Below, in pieces: positions 9,605 through 19,469 of a DNA stretch of 64,000 bases (positions are counted from its first letter, which is position 1; each line of letters begins with the position of its first letter). The translations under genes were made by a program, and so were the position numbers. This DNA comes from an uncultured Bacteroidales bacterium (GTDB lineage: Bacteria > Bacteroidota > Bacteroidia > Bacteroidales > VadinHA17). The stretch spans positions 279,607 to 343,606 of the forward strand of contig CAVXUP010000002.1 in the NCBI GenBank assembly GCA_963765005.1. Reading direction: 5' to 3'. Under the pieces are notes generated by a model. It ran no database searches. It had not been told where the DNA came from and saw only the letters and a program-made list of their open reading frames with translations.

Positions 9605-10876
9605 ATGAAAAAACTGAAGTTTTCTTTTATCGGAGTACTATTACTGACATTAATTTCCTGTACAGAAAGTACAGAAAGCATGGTATTGCGCGATGCAGTT
9701 CCTGAGAGTGTTTCGGTTTCTGCTGAGCGTTTATCCCGTATTGATATGGTTCTGAAACAGGCCGTCGACAGCGGATGGATAGCCGGTGCGGCAGGTTTTA
9801 TAGCCCGCGATGGCAAAATTGTCTATAACAAGGCATTCGGATACAGCGACGTTGAGGCAAAAACTCCATTAAAGACAGATGATATCTTCAGAATTGCTTC
9901 ACAGACCAAAGCAATAACAAGTGTAGCTGTAATGATGCTTTTTGAGGAGGGTAAATTCCTGCTCGATGATCCTATTTCAAAATATATCCCCGAGTTTTCT
10001 AAACCTCAGGTATTGGATAAATTCAATCCATCTGATACTACTTATACTACACTTCCTGCGAAACGTGAGATTACGATAAGAAATCTTCTTACACATACCT
10101 CCGGAATAGACTATGCAGGGATTGGTTCAGAAACAATGAACGCTATCTACGCCAAAGCCGGTATTCCTACAGGATTTGTAGGTGAGAAGCTTAACCTTGG
10201 TGAAAAGATAAGAATCCTCGGGAAGATGCCCCTGGTGCATAATCCGGGCGAGAGGTTCACCTACGGCTTGAATACCGATGTGCTGGGTTATCTTGTTGAG
10301 GTGGTTTCGGGAGAGAGTTTTGACCAGTATCTTAAAAAGCATCTCTTCGAACCCCTTGGCATGGAAGATACCTGGTTTTATCTTCCGGAAGCAAAGGCAG
10401 GCAGGCTTGTGAAAGTAGCTGCAGAAAACAATGATCATAAACTTGTGAATTTCGTAAATGACTTTGTAAACTATCCTCTTGCTGCCGGTACCTATTTTTC
10501 AGGTGGAGCCGGGCTCAGTTCAACAACCCGGGACTATGCGGTATTCCTTCAGATGCTTCTTAATAATGGCGAATATAACGGAAAGCGAATCCTTGCGAGG
10601 AGGACTGTTGAACTCATGACCACCAACCAGATTGGCGACCTGGACCTTGGAGCAGATAAGTTCGGACTCGGATTCCAGGTAACAACAGAAAAAGGTCAGG
10701 CCAGACTTGGGGTTACCGAAGGGTCATTTTCATGGGGTGGTTATTTTGCAACCAATTACTGGGCCGATCCGAAGGAAAGACTTGTTTGTCTGATATTCCT
10801 TCAGCATATGGGATTCAGGCACGGAGAGATCCCTGATAAATTCAGGGCAATGGTTTACCAGGCGCTGAATGATTAG
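9605..10876 (+). CDS. Serine hydrolase of the beta-lactamase/PBP4* family (possible esterase)
   Basis: Start at internal Met with lipoprotein-like signal (LLTLISC). S-x-x-K nucleophile motif (FRIASQTKAITSV); YSGGAGL and WGG late motifs. Confidence 0.75.
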   Translation: MKKLKFSFIGVLLLTLISCTESTESMVLRDAVPESVSVSAERLSRIDMVLKQAVDSGWIAGAAGFIARDGKIVYNKAFGYSDVEAKTPLKTDDIFRIASQTKAITSVAVMMLFEEGKFLLDDPISKYIPEFSKPQVLDKFNPSDTTYTTLPAKREITIRNLLTHTSGIDYAGIGSETMNAIYAKAGIPTGFVGEKLNLGEKIRILGKMPLVHNPGERFTYGLNTDVLGYLVEVVSGESFDQYLKKHLFEPLGMEDTWFYLPEAKAGRLVKVAAENNDHKLVNFVNDFVNYPLAAGTYFSGGAGLSSTTRDYAVFLQMLLNNGEYNGKRILARRTVELMTTNQIGDLDLGADKFGLGFQVTTEKGQARLGVTEGSFSWGGYFATNYWADPKERLVCLIFLQHMGFRHGEIPDKFRAMVYQALND

Positions 10877-10878
10877 TA

Positions 10879-10953
10879 GGCATCAGGCAGCAGGCAGCAG
10901 GCAGCAGGCAGTATGTTCTATCTCCCCCTCTCCCTATCTCCCCCTCTCCCTTT
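10879..10953. repeat. (ggcagca) x5 array followed by 2x 16-mer atctccccctctccct
   Basis: Read directly. Lies in the spacer between convergent genes. The 16-mer is the reverse complement of 8130-8145. Confidence 0.9.
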
Positions 10954-10971
10954 CTTGTTCAGTGCCCTATG

Positions 10972-13800
10972 CTATTTCATCTTCCTCACAGGTGTCAGCG
11001 TCACCGGCCCGATAAGTCCCGATTCAAGAGGAAGCCAGTGAGATGCATCAAATAAACCATTCTTGTTGTTTTCCTTCAGCCTGGCTGCCATGTTTACATT
11101 ATAGAACTTTTTCCACCCGATTTTATTCCGGTCAAGGTAAGCAATTCTGTTTGCCATAAGGTTTGAGACCTTTAACTCAAGTGTATTGTTTTCGAGAATT
11201 AAACTTTTATCTATTATAACACTATAATCAGGGCCGATCAATGTTGCCAGCTCTTTGCCGTTAAGTGTAACTCTTACACTATTAAAGACTTTCCCGAGTT
11301 GAAGCTGCCAGGCATCTGAATTAGTGGCAGGCCTCCTGAAATTAATCTTATAAGTGGCCGTTCCTGAAAAATCCTTCAGTTGCTCACCGCCAAATTCAGT
11401 CCAAGTTTTAAGTGTGCTTATCCTGACAGGAGGAGGAAGCACCGGCCCTCCTTCCACGAAATCAACACTCCATGTTCCGGCGATTTCTAAAGGAGCTGAA
11501 GCAGGATCATAGAAGGGAAAGGGCTCTCCTGCAATTTTTTTATCTGATATTTTAATAATCTGTGATTCCCCGGGTTTCAGCCGTGTAAAGATTTCGATTC
11601 TGCTATCGCCATTCTTCCTTAATTTTGCTGTACCGAAATCAGCACTGTAAGGATTGAATATTGCTGCTGATCCGGCTCTTATACTTAAGGGAAGCCATCC
11701 ATTGAAGATCTTGTCTGATTTATTCTTTATGAAATAGCATGCGCCTCCATTAATCAATCTTCTCGAGAATTGAATTCCATTGTCTGCCATCTGTTCCCGC
11801 CTGATTCCCGCAAAGTTTAAAAGAGAGGGAAGATCATTCCCGATGATTATGCTTCCTGAACCAAGATCAGCTTTCTTTATTCCTGTTTGTGATGTTGTCT
11901 TAAATGGAATGCTATTCTTTATTTCAATGAATAATTTTTCTTTTTCTGCCTGAAGATACCAGCCTGATGTTTTTTCCGGCATAGAGCCAAGAAAGATGAT
12001 ACTGGCACCATCGTTTGCCAGTTTAAGGATCTGAGTAAAAGTTGTTATCGGAATGTATTGGCAACCTGGTATGATAAGTGTTTTATAGCGGTTACCCTCG
12101 GTTTCCAGTAGTTCATTTGTAATCCCGGTGTTTTTTAGTTGAAGATCAGAGATGTAGTCGAATGCATATCCTTTTTCAATCATTATATCAACGCCGGATT
12201 TAAAGGGTGTTCCCTTAAATGCCGGGCTTATTGCATCGAAATGTTCGAGCATTCCTCTTCCATAATCTGCATAGCGGTCAAAAACAGGGAAGTAAAGAAG
12301 AATGTCATTGTCAGCTTTTCCCTGCTGAAGAAATGACTGGACATGTGAGATATAACTATTCAGAGCCGGAAAATCGTTCCAGAAGCTGTTGGCAGGTGTA
12401 AATTCGACTGCTGCATAGAAAAGGAATCCCGGCCATGGTTCATTTTGCGGCGAGAAGCAGGTGCCGTGATAAAAAACATGATTGATGCCACCGAGGAAAA
12501 ACTGATCGACGGCATTCTTTACATCTGAAAGCGATGAAAGAAAATGTTCATTGAGCCAGGTGGCAGCTTCGGCGGAAGCATACTTTTTGCCTGTTACATT
12601 TGCTGCTGATGAGGCAAACTTGAGCTTTGTTAGTTCTGATCCTTCTGTCTCGGGTATATCAGAAGCTGCATAAAGATCAAGGATATTACCAGGCGATCCG
12701 TGCGCCTGGTTCCTTGTAGTCTTGCCCTGCTTATGAGCCCATGCTGTCCACGACATTGTGAACTTCTCAAGTATCAGGTCCGAAATAGTCTGCCGGTAAT
12801 CTGATAATACACGCTCATTTTTCTCCGGATCATCCTTCTGAAACAGTGCAGGAAGATTCATGCCCAGATCATAGCCTCTCCTTATCCTGAATTCATTGAA
12901 CAGGTCATTTGTCCAGTCAGCCTGGCCCGATGCATCATCAACTTCGTAAGAATCGTTGAAATATCCCCGCAGACCGTTGACATCATAATCTTTAAATATA
13001 GCGTCAAAATGTTTCAGATAGTTGTTAATTGCTCTCCCTGAGAAGTGGTCAATTACATCACCTTCCCCTCCGGGACCGGCTCTTTCTGCCTGTTTTCCGT
13101 GCCATCCTTCAAAAAGTGCATACAGGGTCCAGCTCCCGGGGGGAGCTGTCCAATCAAGTTTTCCTGTCTTGTTAACAGAACGGGTAAGATTAATCACCTG
13201 CCCTGAATCGGAATATGCCATAAGTATAGTCAGAGGCAGGGCCTTTTCGAACCTTATCTGGTCGAGGGCATAAAGCTGCAGATCCTTATTACTGCCGATC
13301 GGTTCTGTGAGTTTCGTGATATCGGGCTTCTGGCCGACAGGACGAACCAGTGGCTTCTGGATAAACTCAATCTTTTCACTTACTGTTTCTCCTCCCTTTA
13401 TACTCCAGGTCTTATAATTGATATTTCTGGAGGCATCCTGCGGATCAACCCAGGGCCCGCCGAATGGCCATCCTGAGGCATTGGCAAGATCAATGCCCAT
13501 GCCAAGCCGCTTACTCTCTGCCAGCGTATAGGTGAACATTTCCATCCATCTGGGAGACAGGTAATTAATAAATTTGTCTTCCTGTCCTTTTACCCCGTAT
13601 ATCACAGCAATCTCCATTCCGCCAAGTCCGGCCTTGCTGTACTTTTCCATGGCGGCTGTCAGATCAGCCTTGTTAACGATGCTTCCCGGCCACCACCATC
13701 GTGTCCAGGGTTTATTCTCTTTGGTAATCTCAGGCCAGGTAAGTTGCTGTGCGGATAATGTCTGGGACAATAGGAATGCAAAGAGGAGTAATCTCTTCAT
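10972..13800 (-). CDS. Large glycoside hydrolase, GH106-like (alpha-L-rhamnosidase family) with C-terminal galactose-binding-like domain
   Basis: Signal peptide; N-terminal KPWTRWWWPGS motif. The 942-aa size and the pectin-gene context are as I recall for GH106. Family assignment is from memory only. Confidence 0.5.
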   Translation of the reverse strand: MKRLLLFAFLLSQTLSAQQLTWPEITKENKPWTRWWWPGSIVNKADLTAAMEKYSKAGLGGMEIAVIYGVKGQEDKFINYLSPRWMEMFTYTLAESKRLGMGIDLANASGWPFGGPWVDPQDASRNINYKTWSIKGGETVSEKIEFIQKPLVRPVGQKPDITKLTEPIGSNKDLQLYALDQIRFEKALPLTILMAYSDSGQVINLTRSVNKTGKLDWTAPPGSWTLYALFEGWHGKQAERAGPGGEGDVIDHFSGRAINNYLKHFDAIFKDYDVNGLRGYFNDSYEVDDASGQADWTNDLFNEFRIRRGYDLGMNLPALFQKDDPEKNERVLSDYRQTISDLILEKFTMSWTAWAHKQGKTTRNQAHGSPGNILDLYAASDIPETEGSELTKLKFASSAANVTGKKYASAEAATWLNEHFLSSLSDVKNAVDQFFLGGINHVFYHGTCFSPQNEPWPGFLFYAAVEFTPANSFWNDFPALNSYISHVQSFLQQGKADNDILLYFPVFDRYADYGRGMLEHFDAISPAFKGTPFKSGVDIMIEKGYAFDYISDLQLKNTGITNELLETEGNRYKTLIIPGCQYIPITTFTQILKLANDGASIIFLGSMPEKTSGWYLQAEKEKLFIEIKNSIPFKTTSQTGIKKADLGSGSIIIGNDLPSLLNFAGIRREQMADNGIQFSRRLINGGACYFIKNKSDKIFNGWLPLSIRAGSAAIFNPYSADFGTAKLRKNGDSRIEIFTRLKPGESQIIKISDKKIAGEPFPFYDPASAPLEIAGTWSVDFVEGGPVLPPPVRISTLKTWTEFGGEQLKDFSGTATYKINFRRPATNSDAWQLQLGKVFNSVRVTLNGKELATLIGPDYSVIIDKSLILENNTLELKVSNLMANRIAYLDRNKIGWKKFYNVNMAARLKENNKNGLFDASHWLPLESGLIGPVTLTPVRKMK

Positions 13801-13839
13801 AATATGTTTAGTTAGTAACTATTACAGGCGAATGAGGGC

Positions 13840-15126
13840 TTAGAGGAAGACTAAAGTATCAAAAGGATCGGGTTTAGCCGGATCATAAACAGGCAATCCT
13901 TTTATAATATATTTTTTAATTCCCAGGTTATTTGATCTGATTCCTTCAATAATGCATTTGGCGAGCTGGTATGCTCCGTATGAATTGAAGTGAGTATTGT
14001 CGTTCAGTTCATTTGGCTCACCGGGAAAGGAATTGGCAGGATAAATTACAAAGGCCTTTTTCGAATTTTCAGGTCCCAGCGCTTCATACATTGTTTTTGT
14101 CATGGCATTAAGATCAATGAATGGCACCTTCATTTCCTGCGCAACTTTTCTTGCTGCTTCAGGATAGTCTCCCAGGGAGTTTGAAATCTTTCCATCATCC
14201 CCGAAAGACCTTCTGTTTGCAGGCGAGACAATAACAGGAATGCCTCCTTTTTTTCTTGCCTCAGTAACGAACAGCCTCATCCTTTCGGAGTATGATTTGT
14301 AAGCTCCGTCATCCGGACCCTTTTCCTTCATATCGTTATGCCCGAATTCGATAAAAAGGTAATCTCCTTTTTTCATGGTGCTCAGAACCTTTTTCAGCCT
14401 GTTTCCTGAAATGAAGCTTCCGAGTGAAAGCCCTGATTCTGCATGGTTGGCAACAGCGATACCAGGTTTCAGGAAACCGGTAATCATTTGCCCCCAAGAT
14501 GCCCATGGATCATCATCCTGGTCGACAACAGTCGAATTGCCTGCAAGAAAAACAGTTACTGCATCTTCGGTTTTAGTTATCTCGAGGGCACAGATACATG
14601 GCTTCTCATCATTGAATTCAAATGTCATTTTATTATCCCAGTCGAGTTTAAACTGTTCACGAGGTTTCTTCTGGACCATTTCTGTCGTACCCCTGATCTC
14701 CGGTACCCTGATATTTATTGTTGCTGAGAGTGTGGCAAATTTCCCGGGCTCTGTTTTTACCCTTTCAAACATAAGGCGTCTCGACTCGGCGCGGATCGTT
14801 GTAACCGAAGACTCTGTGATATTGCCTGTTATCACTTTTATGTTGTAATTGCCTTCGGGCAAAGCTACAGAGAAAAGGAAAGGCTTATCACTTGTCGCAT
14901 GCCCGCTGGTGACGTCATTTGTTCCTCCCTGGTCGATTGAAACAGGAGCGGTGCCAAAGTCAAAACCATATCCTCTCTCATCGGAATACTTATCACCGGG
15001 ATCAACTCTTATGTAGCCCGGCACTATCTTCTGTCCGAATGAAAACTTTACTGATATTGCCTGCTGGGAGTATAATGACGGAGCCCACATCAGGATCAGA
15101 AAGTAGATTATCTTTTTCATAAACAT
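13840..15126 (-). CDS. Rhamnogalacturonan acetylesterase (SGNH/GDSL hydrolase, CE12) with N-terminal extra domain
   Basis: SGNH blocks: VFLAGNSTVVDQ (block I), FGHNDMK (block III), DNTHFNSYGA (block V D-x-x-H). Confidence 0.8.
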   Translation of the reverse strand: MFMKKIIYFLILMWAPSLYSQQAISVKFSFGQKIVPGYIRVDPGDKYSDERGYGFDFGTAPVSIDQGGTNDVTSGHATSDKPFLFSVALPEGNYNIKVITGNITESSVTTIRAESRRLMFERVKTEPGKFATLSATINIRVPEIRGTTEMVQKKPREQFKLDWDNKMTFEFNDEKPCICALEITKTEDAVTVFLAGNSTVVDQDDDPWASWGQMITGFLKPGIAVANHAESGLSLGSFISGNRLKKVLSTMKKGDYLFIEFGHNDMKEKGPDDGAYKSYSERMRLFVTEARKKGGIPVIVSPANRRSFGDDGKISNSLGDYPEAARKVAQEMKVPFIDLNAMTKTMYEALGPENSKKAFVIYPANSFPGEPNELNDNTHFNSYGAYQLAKCIIEGIRSNNLGIKKYIIKGLPVYDPAKPDPFDTLVFL

Positions 15127-15162
15127 AATTTTTATTTGCCTTATCTTCAGTGATCAGCGATC

Positions 15163-16539
15163 TTACCTGTAATTACGCCAGTCGGTTCCTGTTGGATAGA
15201 ACATTACTGCCGCATCATTTATTACCACCTGGTAGTTTTTCAGCAGAGTGATCATTTCGGCTCCGGCCATTATTACCGGACCGTAGCCGTGGGCTGCCGC
15301 AACATTCACAGGTCTGTTATAATAAAACGACGGATCGAAAGCCATACCGGTACCAACACATGTACCTTCAACCTCTCCCTTGCTGTTTACCCTGGTCTGG
15401 ACTGCATTCCAGCCGAGCACAGCCATTGGTCCATAGGCCTGTGCATCCACCCAGCCTTTGTTTATTGCATGTGCGGCACAGAAAGTGAATATCGCCGTTG
15501 CCGATGTTTCATAATAGGAGTCATTCCTTGTTATAAGCTGGTGCCAGAAACCTGTCCCTGACTGATAAGAAGCAAGACCTTTCAGGTGGCTACGGAATTG
15601 TTCAAGTATCTTGCTTCTTGAAGGATGATTTTCAGGAAGCACATCAAGTAGTTCTGACATTGCAAGAAGAGCCCATCCATTGCATCTGGCCCAGTAAAAT
15701 TCAGGATGCGGATTCATATCCTGAATCCATCCGTGCATATAGAGGTTCAGGTTGCTGTTGAACATCCTTTGAGAAAACTGAAGGATCTGCTTGCAGGCAT
15801 CATCGAAGTACTTTTTTTCACCTGTTAATTTCCCCATCTGCGCCAGTGCCGGGACACTCATGTAAAGATCATCGAGCCAGAGAGCATTCGGAAGCGGACG
15901 GTTACGGGCAAGAGTTCCATCAGAAAGACGTTGCTGCTTACCTGAAATATAGTCAATATAGTTGTCAATGTATGGCCTAAGGGATTTATTGCCACCGGCA
16001 TTCAAGGATTTTATCATTGCGGCACACATAGATCCGGCATCATCAAGAGCACGCGGATCGATTACCGACCTGACTGGGCTGTTGCCTTGCTGACCCGTTT
16101 GGGGATTGGTTTTGAAATACTTTGCCACATCGCCAATCAGGTTTATTCGTTTAATTGTGTATTCCTTATACTTAGGGTCTCCTGTTGCTTCTGCGGCAGT
16201 CAGCATAGCTCCATACGCCACTCCCCACTCATAACTTATCAGGCGGAAGACCCCTGGTTCAAAGATCGAGCCTGACGTAAGCTTTGTCAGATCAGTAAGC
16301 TCAGTTTTAGTCTGACGGTCAATTACTTTTGCAGGAGTAGACACATCAAGAAATTCGTAGATCCTGTTCAGAACAGCAAGGATATCCTCAGTTTTCTGAG
16401 GGCCATATGGCACAGGGTAGTCGGGCTGCAACAGGTGAAGAGCCGTATTGGAGTCCGTAACTTTTGCAGGCGTTACCTGTGATAGCAGGGGATATGATAA
16501 ACCCGCTGATAACAAAATGATTATGATCCTCTTCTTCAT
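15163..16539 (-). CDS. GH105 (GH88-related) unsaturated rhamnogalacturonyl hydrolase (second copy)
   Basis: YWARCNGWALLAMSELLDVLPENHP and GTGFWHQL motifs; signal peptide. Confidence 0.8.
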   Translation of the reverse strand: MKKRIIIILLSAGLSYPLLSQVTPAKVTDSNTALHLLQPDYPVPYGPQKTEDILAVLNRIYEFLDVSTPAKVIDRQTKTELTDLTKLTSGSIFEPGVFRLISYEWGVAYGAMLTAAEATGDPKYKEYTIKRINLIGDVAKYFKTNPQTGQQGNSPVRSVIDPRALDDAGSMCAAMIKSLNAGGNKSLRPYIDNYIDYISGKQQRLSDGTLARNRPLPNALWLDDLYMSVPALAQMGKLTGEKKYFDDACKQILQFSQRMFNSNLNLYMHGWIQDMNPHPEFYWARCNGWALLAMSELLDVLPENHPSRSKILEQFRSHLKGLASYQSGTGFWHQLITRNDSYYETSATAIFTFCAAHAINKGWVDAQAYGPMAVLGWNAVQTRVNSKGEVEGTCVGTGMAFDPSFYYNRPVNVAAAHGYGPVIMAGAEMITLLKNYQVVINDAAVMFYPTGTDWRNYR

Positions 16540-16540
16540 A

Positions 16541-18405
16541 TTATTTGAGTATTATGCTAGGTTTTGGAGTATTCTTCATACCAGTGCCAAGGAAAAAACT
16601 TGTGTTCGGAGGCTGATTATAAGCTACATTCTGAGTTGCAATTGCCAACCGGTACTGTGGATCGTGCATAAGAGTGGGTATTCTGTACTGAGTGGGAATT
16701 GTTGTGGTATAAATTCTCAGATTCTGATTATCAGATGTCCGGAATATGACCTCTTCACGCCAGTCGCCAAAGAGATCTGCGCTCAGCGCCGGTGTGGATT
16801 TGCTCCCATTATTTGAAACACAACCCTCAGCGGTGAAAACTCTGCCTGTTTTGTATTTATCGATATGATTTCCATCCAGCAATTCACGTGTCAGGTCGCC
16901 ATCCCACCATATCAGGAAATTTGTTGAAACAGGAGGATCTCCTATTTTCTCTCCTTTCATATTGAAAAGCCCTTCCGAGCCTGCCCACCACATTTCAGCT
17001 CCCGGATTTTCAGGCCAGATATCGCCAGCGACTCCGCGACCGACATCCTTATTCATTGAGCCTTTAAACAGGACTTCTCCTGTTTCGTGCATCAAATACC
17101 GTAACTCCGGGCCCTGTGGTTTTTGTCTCAATTTCATGTATCCCGAATACCTGAAGCCCTGGCCGGCCTGGTATGAATTCTCCGACATGTATTGCATCTC
17201 CGTGCCTGAAGCCTGTGGAAAACAGACCCTTACCGTTATCATCAACAACCATTGATCCGTAAATAATCTCATCTTTCCCGTCAGCATCAACATCGGCAAC
17301 ACTTAAGTTATGATTACCCTGGCCGGAATAAGGGTTTTCCCCGTCCTTGCTGTCAAACACCCAGCGGGAAGTAAGTTTTCCATCCCTCCAGTCCCAGGCT
17401 GCCAGCACCGATCTTCCGTAATAACCGCGACACATAATAACACTGGGATGAACTCCGTCGAGGTATGCCACACAGGCCAGCATCCGGTCAACACGGTTGC
17501 CGGTGCTGTCGCCTCCTCCGTTTCCTCCGTGACCGTTCCACCCATTTAGGGGATAACGGTCAGGAATATAATCTGTTGTGGCAAGTGCTTCACCTGTTTT
17601 TCCGCTGAAGATTGTAAAATATTCAGGGCCTTCGAGTATTTTGCCATAAAAGGGACCGCTGCTTTTATCGAGGTTTCGCCAGTCCCTGGTTGAATCACCA
17701 ATCACCTTGCCAATGACCATCAATTGTGCCATCAGCAGTTTTACATGCAAATTCTGAGATCCCGTCTCCGTCGAGGTCAAAGACCATAAACTGGGTATAA
17801 TGTGCTCCTTCGCGGATGTTTTTTCCAAGGCTTATTTCCCAGAGAAATGTACCGTCAAGCTTGTATGCCTGAAATATCGGAATACCTGAAATGCCGGTTG
17901 ACGGAGTGTCGATACTCCTGCCGGTTTGATGCAGGATTAACTCATATTCCCCGTCTCCATCGAGGTCTCCTGCAGAAACATCATTCGGAGTATAGCCGAT
18001 CGGAGTCCTCAGAGGAATATTGATGTATTGCTGTGCAGGCGCATTGGCTTTCAAAGTGAAGGTTTTACTTTTTTCCTGTTCTTTGCCATTCAAAATTGCC
18101 CTGACGTAATATGTATTGTCTGTTAAGAAATTAACACTCCCGTCCAAATAATTTGTACTTTCCGAAATGGGCTTTTTATTAAGCCTGACAGGGTTTTCAT
18201 TACCGCATTTTCTGTACAGATTGAATGAGATCTCATCGGGTTCGGTGCCCAGCACTCTCCATCCAATATATGAAGAATCGTTCCCGGTTCGGATAGCGAT
18301 AACCCCGCGGTCAAGGTTTTCCATCTGTCGCTGCGCAAATGTCTCAGTTCCGGCAATTATCATTAAAAACGCTGCAGCAAAATATTTTCTGATCATTTTC
18401 TTCAT
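16541..18405 (-). pseudogene. Rhamnogalacturonan lyase PL11 (YesW-like), interrupted by two frameshifts
   Basis: Three overlapping ORFs in three frames (17695-18405, 17064-17828, 16541-17302) together give one ~620-aa FG-GAP/propeller lyase (DLDGDGEYE, DVDADGKDE, WWDGDLTRELLD, RIPTLMHDPQYR). Breaks lie near 17700-17730 and 17080-17100. Confidence 0.75.
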
Positions 18406-18474
18406 TTCTTACTTATACATTTATCAATCAGAACAATAAATAATTCTTTCATTGGTTGTTGTTTTCCCTTTATA

Positions 18475-18822
18475 TTATTCTTTCAGAAACGCTATAACTG
18501 CTTCCCTGATATCCAGTTTTATGGCCTTTTCAGCAGATTCACCAATAAAGTACATTCTTCCCATATTCTCTTCCTGATTATTTCCAAAATCGGTATAGCT
18601 GAAGTTTCTTTTGAGGAATGAATCAATTACTCTAAAGTTTATAGTGCCATATTCAGCATCTGTAAATAAATCAATATCAATAGATTGACGGTGTCTGAAC
18701 TGTAAGCTTAAGCAAGTGCCTCCAACTAACCTGAAAGCAGCTAGCTCCCGGGCATCCATTAGTATTTGCAGTGCATCAATAATTTCTTTTGAAACGGGTT
18801 TTGTTATTTCATTTTCAGACAT
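18475..18822 (-). CDS. AbiEii/AbiGii-like nucleotidyltransferase toxin, N-terminal core only (truncated)
   Basis: NTase motif LVGGTCLSLQFRHRQSIDIDLF (GG..x..DxD). Only 115 aa, whereas I recall this family at roughly 200-300 aa. It overlaps the upstream gene by 19 nt. Confidence 0.6.
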   Translation of the reverse strand: MSENEITKPVSKEIIDALQILMDARELAAFRLVGGTCLSLQFRHRQSIDIDLFTDAEYGTINFRVIDSFLKRNFSYTDFGNNQEENMGRMYFIGESAEKAIKLDIREAVIAFLKE

Positions 18823-19349
18823 AACAAATCATCTTTATTTATTTCAAGATATTTTTCAGCATTAAAAATAGCATTCTGATTCAACCTGTTTGCAGATTTA
18901 ATTATTCTGATGCAGTCTATCTTGCCATAGAATGATATGATTTCAAGAACTTCCTCATTTGTTCCTCTTTCGAATACCCTTTCAATTACATATCTTTTTC
19001 TTTTACTGAAATCAATTTTTTCAAAATTGACATCCCAAAAAAGAGCTCTCCTTAATAATTTCGGTCCTGGTTTTGTCTTTTCATTATGCTGCTTTTTTTT
19101 CTCCATTGAAATTTCATAATAGGCCTGAAGAATCATAAAGTATCCTTCTTCAGCTTCAAGCGCTCTTTCAATACGAATCGCCAATCCGGCATTCATTCCT
19201 CGTCTTTGCTTCGTCAAATCAGTAATTATTCCCGGATATACGCCTATCTGCAGGGCAAAAGCAGATTTTCTTATCCCTCTCTTTTCAAACTCCCTTTCGA
19301 GGATGATGCCTGGATGAATGCCTTTAATATCAGTAATTTCTGGTAACAT
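18804..19349 (-). CDS. HigA/XRE-type HTH antitoxin-like protein fused to a C-terminal DUF6922-like domain
   Basis: N-terminus HPGIILEREFEKRGIRKSAFALQIGVYPGIITDL..RRGMNAGLAIRIERAL is HigA/VapI-like. The C-terminal LFWDVNFEKIDFSKRKRYVIERVFERG pattern is the one I associate with partners of AbiEii-like genes in Bacteroidota. Confidence 0.6.
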   Translation of the reverse strand: MLPEITDIKGIHPGIILEREFEKRGIRKSAFALQIGVYPGIITDLTKQRRGMNAGLAIRIERALEAEEGYFMILQAYYEISMEKKKQHNEKTKPGPKLLRRALFWDVNFEKIDFSKRKRYVIERVFERGTNEEVLEIISFYGKIDCIRIIKSANRLNQNAIFNAEKYLEINKDDLLCLKMK

Positions 19350-19469
19350 AATAATGCAAAATTAATAAATATAATTGTTTAAACAAAAATGAGTAAGTAT
19401 TAAATCATCAAAAAATGCATTAATCGATTTTATTTTGCAAAATTGCAACACATTAACAATGGTAAAAAA

